This document shows, one piece after another, positions 51,668 through 59,898 of a stretch of DNA of 64,000 nucleotides (positions within the stretch are counted from its first letter, which is position 1; every line of letters begins with the position of its first letter). The notes below the pieces were generated by a model. The model was given only the letters and a program-made list of their open reading frames with translations, searched no databases and had not been told where the DNA came from. Position numbers and translations under genes: made by a program. This DNA comes from Verrucomicrobiota bacterium (GTDB taxonomy: Bacteria; Verrucomicrobiota; Verrucomicrobiia; Limisphaerales; AAA164-E04), in the NCBI GenBank assembly GCA_047947115.1, contig CP170459.1, positions 5,536,001-5,600,000 on the forward strand. Reading direction: 5' to 3'.

Positions 51668-52980
51668 TAAGTAAAGGATTTCGACGGAACCTTAACCTTT
51701 AATTTCAGATAAAAGTAGCATAAAGCCAAACCAAATGCGCTCACTCCCAGCATGCCTACGAGCCAGCAGAGCATCTCGAAGAAAGCGAGGGGATCTTCCG
51801 GGCCAGGTAGTTTGTTTTTGAGCAGCATCAAAACAACATAACCCAGGTAGCCCATCGAATCAGCCAAATACATCAGGTACCCAATATTTCCTTTGTCGGG
51901 TGTGACTGCCATAATGCGCTCAAAAAGCGTGGTATGAACCAACACATATGGCAGGTATAGTCCAAGTCCAATCAACACCATAAACCAATACGGAGAAATC
52001 CATTGATAATGCAGTGCGAGCAAATTCGCAGGCAGCAGCCCTAAACCCAAAATGCAGGCCATCAATGCGTGAAAAAGAGCCATCCGATTGTTGCGGTAAA
52101 GAGAAAAGAATCCACTGCATATCATGATTCCCAAAGCGATCCACATTTCCGAGGTAGAAAATAACTCAGGTGTGGTTTCCACTCCCAATCCCTTCCAGAT
52201 TTCAGGAGCAAAATCTCCTCTTAAACTCCGGATGAGAGTGATCAGAAGATAGGCGACAATGATGGCCAACAAACCCGGAGCGTAGTGCATGAAATAGCGG
52301 CGACGATCAACGCCATTCATCAGGACACGTTCCTGACGTTCTTTCTGATCATCCAGATCAGGCAAAGGAATGCACTGCAGCATCCAGAGAAAAAGCAGCA
52401 AAGGAGCCATGAACAGCGCCCCGGCACAGAAAGGCATCCAGGTTTCAGTGATGCCTCCTTCAATCAGCCATGCTCCGACGGATTTGGTGACACCATCTGC
52501 CAGGATGAAACTGGCGCACAACCCCGCCGCCAGAAGTTCGGTCATCCGGCGTCCCTCCAGAAAACCGAGCACCAAGCCAAAAACCATGCCCAGCATCAGT
52601 CCGTTTCCAAAAAGAAAAACGATAGAATAGGGAATGGGGACAATGGCAAAACCAAGCAGGCAAAGTAACGCAACCGAGGTGAGGAACAAAATCCCCCGAA
52701 CCCGCTTCTGAGGCGGCATCTCAGCGATGACTTTAATTCCGATGAATTTGGATAGCATGTATCCAATCACCTGAACGATCACCAACACCGATTTGAGATC
52801 CATACCAAACGCCTGCATGCCATCATAGCTGGTCGAAGTAAAAGGCTTTCGGATTCCATACATGCAGAAATACGCGCCGAATGCAGCCACCATGCACCAT
52901 ATTGCAAAAGGCGTTCCATGAGGCGACCAGGATCCGGCGCCAAAGCGGGGCTTGGGTTGAGTTGTGTTCGATGAATGCAT
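51667..52980 (-). CDS. DUF5690 family MFS-like membrane protein (putative phosphonate transporter)
   Basis: AAFGAYFCMYGIRKPF, GYMLSKFIGIKV, FLEGRR.TE, YLADSMGYLG; many TM segments. Confidence 0.82.
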   Translation of the reverse strand: MHSSNTTQPKPRFGAGSWSPHGTPFAIWCMVAAFGAYFCMYGIRKPFTSTSYDGMQAFGMDLKSVLVIVQVIGYMLSKFIGIKVIAEMPPQKRVRGILFLTSVALLCLLGFAIVPIPYSIVFLFGNGLMLGMVFGLVLGFLEGRRMTELLAAGLCASFILADGVTKSVGAWLIEGGITETWMPFCAGALFMAPLLLFLWMLQCIPLPDLDDQKERQERVLMNGVDRRRYFMHYAPGLLAIIVAYLLITLIRSLRGDFAPEIWKGLGVETTPELFSTSEMWIALGIMICSGFFSLYRNNRMALFHALMACILGLGLLPANLLALHYQWISPYWFMVLIGLGLYLPYVLVHTTLFERIMAVTPDKGNIGYLMYLADSMGYLGYVVLMLLKNKLPGPEDPLAFFEMLCWLVGMLGVSAFGLALCYFYLKLKVKVPSKSFT

Positions 52981-53143
52981 GTGATGATTTGAAGTGTGAG
53001 GAGCAGTGTGTTGGATGCTAAAAGATCAAACCACTCTTTTTTGATGGAGAAACGTTACGATTTTGTGGCGGGATTTACAAAATCTGATGAGAAATCTGAT
53101 CGAATGTTCACATTTCAAAGCTTGACCTAATGTCTCCTGGTTA

Positions 53144-54835
53144 TTGAATAATGGGTTTATGCGATGGCAAACCTCCACCGGTATCTTACTCTTCTTAGCA
53201 TGTTCTTTTCAGCAACTGGCTCAACCTATAGAGCGCATCGCCATTCTTGGTTGCCACAAGCAATTGGAGCCGGCCCCAGCCTTGGTTAGTTACGTTGAAA
53301 GCGAGCCTGATCTCTGTCTTTGGATCGGAGACAACATTTACTCAGACACCACCGAGGACGTTTCTTTATTAACGAGGAACTACGAGGTACTGGCAGCCAA
53401 ACCTGCCTTTCAACAACTACGGTCCACCGGGCTTCACATGGCGACCTGGGATGATCATGATTTTGGTCTGAACAATGCCGGCAAGGAATATCCTCTCAAG
53501 GAATCAAGTCGAAGAATTTTCAGAACTTTTTGGGGATTGGAAAACGAGATCCCGATGGAACGAGAAGGTGTTTATTATGCCAAACGATTCGTGCACGAGG
53601 GGCATACACTTCAAGTCATCATGCTGGATCCACGCTACCATCGTGATCCTCCTGACACGGATGGAGACACTCTTGGAGAAGATCAATGGAAGTGGCTTGA
53701 GGAGCAACTGAAATTAAAAGCCGACCTGCGTTTGGTGGTGTCGGGTTTTCAAATACTTCTGGATGGTGATTCCAAATCCGAGACCTGGGGGAAGTTTCCC
53801 CAGGCCAAGGAACGGCTATTTGAAACCATACGCCGGACCGGAGCCGAAGGGGTGGTGTTCTTGACCGGAGATCAACATTACGGAGAAGTGGCACGCTTGC
53901 CTCGCGCTCTGCGATACGATGCCATCGAACTTCAATTTTCGGGCATCAACCAGATCGAAGATCCGGAATTCAACACCTGGCGAGTCTCACCCGTGGCCAC
54001 CTCCGTTCACAGTCTGGCGTTGATCGATATCCAATGGATGGACGATTCGCATTCTCCGGCACACTTGATGTTTCAGGTTTGGAATGCTCTTAGCAAACAA
54101 CTTGAATTGGCTTACCGGGTCAACCTCCACGAACTCAAACCATCCATGACGATACAAGGCGACAAACACTTTCATCAGCAACAGATGGTGCAAATCCAGC
54201 ATGATTACCATCCTTTGCAAGTTCGCTACACCTTGGACGGATCGGAGCCGAATGCCTCCTCCCGGTTGTATGATGGGCCTCTTCCTATTCAGAAATCATG
54301 CACGATCAAGGCAGCATTTTTTGAAGAAAACGGTACACCTTGGACAACCGTGTTTGAACGTCCATTTCAACATCTCACCTCCCTGACAAGTCTTCAGCCC
54401 AAGTCCTTGATGCCGGGATTGAGGGTCGTTTACGTTGAGGGCAATTTTGAAAAACTTCCTACATTTGAGGAATACCCTCCCAAATGGTCCGGAATGGTTT
54501 CAAGCCCATCATTGGAAGCTGTAACGACGCGAGAGGATCATTTTGCCATTCAATTTTCCGGTTTATTGAATGCGCCTGTTGAAGGTGTTTATGATTTCAG
54601 CCTCATTTCGGATGATGGCAGTCGGCTTTGGATTGGAAACCAACTGGTGGCCGACAATGATGGTTCGCACTCTGTAAAAACCGTTCCTGGAAAAGTGGCG
54701 CTCAAAACAGGTTGGCATGCCTTTAAATTGGAGTATTTTGAAGACTACGACGGGCAGAGCCTGGCACTTCTCTGGGCTCCTCCGGGATATCGACTGCGCG
54801 CCATTCCGGATTCGCACTTCTCACATCAACCATAG
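53144..54835 (+). CDS. phoD: PhoD-family alkaline phosphatase + FN3-associated/chitobiase-C domain + PA14
   Basis: WIGDNIYSD, TWDDHDFG, LDPRYHR, LGEDQWKWL, LTGDQH; RYTLDGSEP; SDDGSRL...DNDGSH. Confidence 0.88.
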   Translation: MNNGFMRWQTSTGILLFLACSFQQLAQPIERIAILGCHKQLEPAPALVSYVESEPDLCLWIGDNIYSDTTEDVSLLTRNYEVLAAKPAFQQLRSTGLHMATWDDHDFGLNNAGKEYPLKESSRRIFRTFWGLENEIPMEREGVYYAKRFVHEGHTLQVIMLDPRYHRDPPDTDGDTLGEDQWKWLEEQLKLKADLRLVVSGFQILLDGDSKSETWGKFPQAKERLFETIRRTGAEGVVFLTGDQHYGEVARLPRALRYDAIELQFSGINQIEDPEFNTWRVSPVATSVHSLALIDIQWMDDSHSPAHLMFQVWNALSKQLELAYRVNLHELKPSMTIQGDKHFHQQQMVQIQHDYHPLQVRYTLDGSEPNASSRLYDGPLPIQKSCTIKAAFFEENGTPWTTVFERPFQHLTSLTSLQPKSLMPGLRVVYVEGNFEKLPTFEEYPPKWSGMVSSPSLEAVTTREDHFAIQFSGLLNAPVEGVYDFSLISDDGSRLWIGNQLVADNDGSHSVKTVPGKVALKTGWHAFKLEYFEDYDGQSLALLWAPPGYRLRAIPDSHFSHQP

Positions 54836-54846
54836 AAAGAAAAACG

Positions 54847-55395
54847 ATGCACCCAGCTATCGAACGCATAACCGAGATATTCAATCAACGTGGATCGGAT
54901 CAATATGGAACCGAGGCCGTCACACAGTTGCAGCATGCCTTGCAAAGCGGTCTGCTTGCCCAGGAATCCGGGGCGCCTGAATCGTTGGTTGTGGCTGCCT
55001 TGCTACATGACCTGGGTCACATCTTCAAGGACGACGCGCTTCCTTTGTCCTGCGATCAGAACCTGGACGACAAGCACGAGTTTGTTGCCAACGCCTGGTT
55101 GAAGGAGCATTTTGGAAAGGTCGTTGCCGATCCAATTCGCTTGCATGTCGTTGCGAAGCGCTATCTTTGCACCAAATATCCGCACTACGAAGGTGAACTC
55201 TCTCCGACCTCCCGTAAAAGCTATCATGATCAGGGAGGCCCGATGAGTGAGGAAGAATTGGCGGCATTCGAACAAGAGTCTTTGTACCGCGAAGCGTTGG
55301 AACTTCGCAAATGGGATGACCTTGCCAAAGATCCGCATAAGCAAACCCCACCCATTGAACATTTCATTCCAGCCATGCAGGCATGTCTTGCGTAA
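54847..55395 (+). CDS. phnZ: HD-domain phosphonate C-P cleaving oxygenase, PhnZ-like
   Basis: YGTEAVTQLQHALQ, ALLHDLGH, HE, HVVAKRYL, LSPTS..S...QGGPM, LRKWDDLAK. Confidence 0.85.
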   Translation: MHPAIERITEIFNQRGSDQYGTEAVTQLQHALQSGLLAQESGAPESLVVAALLHDLGHIFKDDALPLSCDQNLDDKHEFVANAWLKEHFGKVVADPIRLHVVAKRYLCTKYPHYEGELSPTSRKSYHDQGGPMSEEELAAFEQESLYREALELRKWDDLAKDPHKQTPPIEHFIPAMQACLA

Positions 55396-55520
55396 TTCGC
55401 AATAATTGACGATCGACAGATTGAATCAAGTCTGACCGGAACCATTCCGAAACAATTTCTTGTCGGAATCTTCATAAAAGGTGAGGAGTTCTGTAACAAT
55501 GGAGCTCCATTCTCCGGTGC

Positions 55521-56336
55521 GTGCTTGACAAGATTTCTACTCGTCACCAACGGGGTTTCACCTTAATCGAATTGCTGGTCGTCATCGCTATTATTGCGAT
55601 TTTGGCGGGAATGCTTTTGCCAGCCTTGGGTAAGGCCAAGGAAAAGGCCAAGCAGATTAAATGTACCAGTAACATGCGCCAGATCCAGCTCGCCTGGGCC
55701 ATGTATGTGGATGATCATGAAGGTCGCGCCCACCCTCGTCGAAATTGGATGCGATGGATCAAGACCGGTGGTGATTTTTCCAACCCAAATCCTTCTCGCG
55801 AAAACATGATCGAACCCGGTCACTTTGAAGCCTATTGGGGAGTGCCATATGCGCCTTACATGGGCTGGTCCAATAAATCCTTTTTTTGCCCATCCACTAA
55901 AATAATTGACGATCAGTATGATGCGGGAACCCATCAGGATGGGAAATTCAAGGAAGGATTCAAGTTCACCACCTATGCTTACAACGGTGTGCATCAATCA
56001 AAAAACCCGGCCGCCAATCAGGTTCCGCTCGCTTTGTGGGATGGGAAAGTAAACGTCGCATCCACCACCGTTCGCGCCAATAAAGTCGACACTCTGCCTA
56101 TGGCAAGTGAGACCATCCTTTTTCAGGATGCATGGGAATCGCTGCTGGATGGGAACGGAGATCTTCCGATTGACATGACCCAATGGGTCAGTCTTCCCGA
56201 CAGAGTGAGCGAATGGTACCGCCACTCCAGCCGTCGAGCCAACGTCATGTGGGCCGACGGTCATGCTTCTTCTGAAAAGGAAGGTGAAGTCAACTGGAAG
56301 GAAGATTGGTGGATCGGACGTCCGCTCAATCGATGA
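55521..56336 (+). CDS. Prepilin-type N-terminal cleavage/methylation protein with H-X9-DG motif
   Basis: [40 protein letters not shown]. Confidence 0.9.
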   Translation: MLDKISTRHQRGFTLIELLVVIAIIAILAGMLLPALGKAKEKAKQIKCTSNMRQIQLAWAMYVDDHEGRAHPRRNWMRWIKTGGDFSNPNPSRENMIEPGHFEAYWGVPYAPYMGWSNKSFFCPSTKIIDDQYDAGTHQDGKFKEGFKFTTYAYNGVHQSKNPAANQVPLALWDGKVNVASTTVRANKVDTLPMASETILFQDAWESLLDGNGDLPIDMTQWVSLPDRVSEWYRHSSRRANVMWADGHASSEKEGEVNWKEDWWIGRPLNR

Positions 56337-56453
56337 GCCATCCCCGCCTATCGAACAATCCATTAGCATCACACATCATCAACCAACTCAATAAAAACAG
56401 AAAATAAATGCGTCGAACCCAGGCCATTCGCCCGAAATCGACGCCTTGAAACC

Positions 56454-59400
56454 ATGAATAAATATACAAACTATCTGCAATTATTTGTTGCATCAGGCCT
56501 GTTGGCGACATTTGGTCAGCAAGGTCTAGCACAAGGTATCGAAACCACTACCGTGGTCTTCCAGCAGGGACTGAACGGATACGAGGGAACTTTCCAAATG
56601 CGCCTTGGCGCAGCGGGTGAAAATGATTTGGGTGTCGATGTCCCCGAAGGGCAATACTACCTGGACGGAAGTCCGTTCACCAATGTGGGCGACGACAAGG
56701 TAGACATTCTTCGCTTTGATGACATCTTCGGAAATGGAGCCAACCAGATTCCCTCAAATGCCACCATCCTGCACGCCGAGATAGCCTATACCACCGGAAC
56801 AGATGGAAACGCACGCACCGGTGGTGTTTATCACACGGCCAAACTCATCGAAGAAGTGGATGATTTGTTCCTTTATGATGACTGGCCCCTGGATCCTCCC
56901 GCCACACGTGGACCTCGCTCAGCTGCCATGCTTCCATTTGGTTCCGGAACCGGTGAAGTGGAAGGGCAAACCAAATTCACGATGGATGTCACCGACTATG
57001 TGCAATCCTGGGTGGACGGTGAACCCAACTATGGAACCGTGACGTTCGCAAACGATACCACCGACGGTCTTCAGTTGAGCACTGTCAGCAATACGGACAT
57101 CGAAAAACGTCCAAGCCTGACCGTGACCTATACAACCGAAAATGTGACCATCCGTGAGTACACCGCCAGCCGTTCTGCTCTGGTACGCAGCAATACGGAA
57201 ACAGTGGACGGATCCACCATTGACGCCGAGTTTCTGGACTGGGCAGAAGGCGACATTATCGAATCACTCTTCTTTTTCGACGTATTTGCTGAGGGAAACA
57301 ATCGGATCACTGATGAAATGCTCGTTCTGGGAGCCAAGCTGATCCTCCAAACTCCCGGTGATGCCATCGCCGATTATCCGGCATACAGCACTGCAGCCGA
57401 CACCAATGATGCTTTTGAAGTGGCTCAAATGCTCGTTAACTGGGACACCACCACCACATTCGACGTGGCCGGCCCCAACGAGCTCAACGGAGCAACCGGT
57501 CCTGCGGTTGACATATTTTACGGGATGGGTGAATGGAGCCGTGCTACTGCCGATGTGAGTTCCATCGTTCAAAACTGGAAAGCCGGCCAGGAAAACTTCG
57601 GATTCAATGTTGCTCCAGCCAATGGAAGCTCGAACGGATGGCAGATCCTTTTCCCCGGGACGAGTCTTCAGGAACTCCAGCCGACCCTGCGCGTTTGGAC
57701 CGTCAAAGTTCCTGGTTTGCCTTCAGCTGTCGCCAATGCCGATATCACCGAAGGTCCCTCTCCTTTGACAGTCCAGTTGGACGGCACTCAATCCTCCGAC
57801 TCAGACGGCGGAGCCCTTACCTACCTCTGGGATCTCGGGAACGGAGCCACCTCCACCGAGGCCAGCTTGAGTCATACCTTTGAACCTGGCATCTACAACG
57901 TGCTGCTCACCGTCACGGATCCCGACGGCAATGAATCCCAATCCATTGTCACCATCACATCCATTGGCGCACCCATTGCTGTATTCAGTATCAATGATGA
58001 TAACGCACCGGAACCTTTTCGTCTGATGGCCGATGCCAGCTCGTCCATTGACCCTGATGGTGGTGCGGTTGAAATAACCTGGAACTTCGGAGACGGAAAC
58101 ACCGCCACAGGAGCCATAGTGGACCATATTTTTCGCCAGGGCGGCACTTTTAATGTCAAACTGACGGTGACGGATGACGAAGGCGTTTCCACTACCGAAA
58201 CGAAACAAATCACCGTCTGGGAAACTTCTCTGGAATACACAAGTTTCCAACAGGGGATGGGTGGATACGAGGGAACCGTTGAACAAATTGTTCGAGCCAA
58301 TGGCTCCATTGATCTGGGGCAGGATCGCGAAGAATCTTATTTGGATGGTCGCCCACAAGATGCAAACCAGGCCGCCAACGATGCCGTGGAATTGATCCGA
58401 TTCGATGGCATCATTGGTAACGGCGAAGGTCAGATTCCCGCCAATGCAAAAATTGTTCGTGCTTCTCTGACCTATCATACAGGCACTGATCCGAATTCGG
58501 ATGCGGACGGACCCTATGTCATCGGTTTCTTGATGGAAGGTTTTGATGAAAACACAGACTACGAGACACTCGATGCCGGTACGGATATCCCTGAAGAACG
58601 AGGTCCGCGAGGGGAAGTGGATTTCCGCTACCTGGCAGGATATGCTGACATAGCCAATCAGGAAGTGGTCACTGCCGATGTGGCACCTTATGTCCAACGA
58701 TGGGTCGATGGCGAAACCAATCATGGTCTGGCTGTCTTCACCGATGATACTTCAAACGGCTGGCAGATTCGCACGATCGGAAATGCGAACCCTGCATTCA
58801 GACCTCTTCTGGAAGTGGTTTACACCACCAGTGAGGTGAAGGAATACAGCCCGGAATTGGAAATGTCCATCATCGCAGCCAAAGACGAAAACGAATCAAC
58901 ACTCGATGGAAGTTTTCTGGGTGCAAGCTACCTGGATGGTGGCGGTGATCCTGACTACAAGGAAGGCCTCTTCAAATTCGAAGACCTCTTTGGAGCAGGA
59001 ACCGGAACCATTGGTGATGACGAACGTGTCCTGGCTGCCTACCTCATCCTCGAAACAGGCGGTGTGCCGGATGCGGATCTCAATGCCGATTCGGACGATC
59101 CATACTCTGTGCATCAAATGCTTGCACCTTGGACGGTTGAAAGTAATTACGGCACTGCAGGAGTTTCGATTGAAAACGGAGAAGCTTCTCCTGCTTTTGA
59201 CGAGTTTCTCGGCATGGGAGAAAACAGTCGGGCCATTGCTGATGTAACGAAGATTGTCAATAACTGGGCTTCCGGAGAACCCAATCATGGCTTCGTGGTC
59301 AAGCCTCAAGGTGGCGACGGCTGGCAGGTTTGGTGGGGGGATGCTCCGCTTGAGTTGCTCCCCCGCCTGGTGGTCTACACAGAAACCGCCTTGCCTCAAC

Positions 59401-59648
59401 CCGAGCCCAGCACTCCTGATGTGACTCCATTCGACATCACGACCGTCGCGCTTGATCAAAACGGCATGTTGAACGTCACTTGGGAATCGGTGGACGGAGC
59501 TTCCTACAAGGTGGAAACCACTTCCGATTTCCAAACCTGGAACACTCAATCTGACAATATCAATTCACAGGGAACTTCGACCACCATCGAACTTCCCATC
59601 GAAGCCGTTGCGCAAGCATTCTTCCGCATCAGCTCGGTGACTCCCTGA
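56454..59648 (+). CDS. Large secreted protein: duplicated DNRLRE-like blocks flanking two PKD domains, with conserved C-terminal domain
   Basis: Signal peptide; FQQG..GYEGT twice; RFD.I.GNG..QIP.NA.I twice; YLWDLGNG and TWNFGDG (PKD); ends AFFRISSVTP. Confidence 0.85.
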   Translation: MNKYTNYLQLFVASGLLATFGQQGLAQGIETTTVVFQQGLNGYEGTFQMRLGAAGENDLGVDVPEGQYYLDGSPFTNVGDDKVDILRFDDIFGNGANQIPSNATILHAEIAYTTGTDGNARTGGVYHTAKLIEEVDDLFLYDDWPLDPPATRGPRSAAMLPFGSGTGEVEGQTKFTMDVTDYVQSWVDGEPNYGTVTFANDTTDGLQLSTVSNTDIEKRPSLTVTYTTENVTIREYTASRSALVRSNTETVDGSTIDAEFLDWAEGDIIESLFFFDVFAEGNNRITDEMLVLGAKLILQTPGDAIADYPAYSTAADTNDAFEVAQMLVNWDTTTTFDVAGPNELNGATGPAVDIFYGMGEWSRATADVSSIVQNWKAGQENFGFNVAPANGSSNGWQILFPGTSLQELQPTLRVWTVKVPGLPSAVANADITEGPSPLTVQLDGTQSSDSDGGALTYLWDLGNGATSTEASLSHTFEPGIYNVLLTVTDPDGNESQSIVTITSIGAPIAVFSINDDNAPEPFRLMADASSSIDPDGGAVEITWNFGDGNTATGAIVDHIFRQGGTFNVKLTVTDDEGVSTTETKQITVWETSLEYTSFQQGMGGYEGTVEQIVRANGSIDLGQDREESYLDGRPQDANQAANDAVELIRFDGIIGNGEGQIPANAKIVRASLTYHTGTDPNSDADGPYVIGFLMEGFDENTDYETLDAGTDIPEERGPRGEVDFRYLAGYADIANQEVVTADVAPYVQRWVDGETNHGLAVFTDDTSNGWQIRTIGNANPAFRPLLEVVYTTSEVKEYSPELEMSIIAAKDENESTLDGSFLGASYLDGGGDPDYKEGLFKFEDLFGAGTGTIGDDERVLAAYLILETGGVPDADLNADSDDPYSVHQMLAPWTVESNYGTAGVSIENGEASPAFDEFLGMGENSRAIADVTKIVNNWASGEPNHGFVVKPQGGDGWQVWWGDAPLELLPRLVVYTETALPQPEPSTPDVTPFDITTVALDQNGMLNVTWESVDGASYKVETTSDFQTWNTQSDNINSQGTSTTIELPIEAVAQAFFRISSVTP

Positions 59649-59690
59649 GCCTTTCTCATCCACAAGTAACGGTTAATGGTAACGCAACGT

Positions 59691-59722
59691 AACCCCGTCC
59701 TCGTTCGAGGGCGGGGTTTTTT
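59691..59722 (+). terminator. Rho-independent terminator
   Basis: aaccccgtcctcg-tt-cgagggcggggtttttt. Confidence 0.85.
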
Positions 59723-59898
59723 CATTCAAAATGGCTGTCCCCCAGGAACGATTACTGAGTTTCCGAAATTGATCAGCACGTTTATTTCAGGAAATACAAA
59801 AAAAAGGATGATGCCATCGGTAAAATCTTCCCTATTGCCATCCCTTTTGAATTGATTGCCCCGGTTTACCAAGGCAGAATAGTTTCATTCCAATAACC

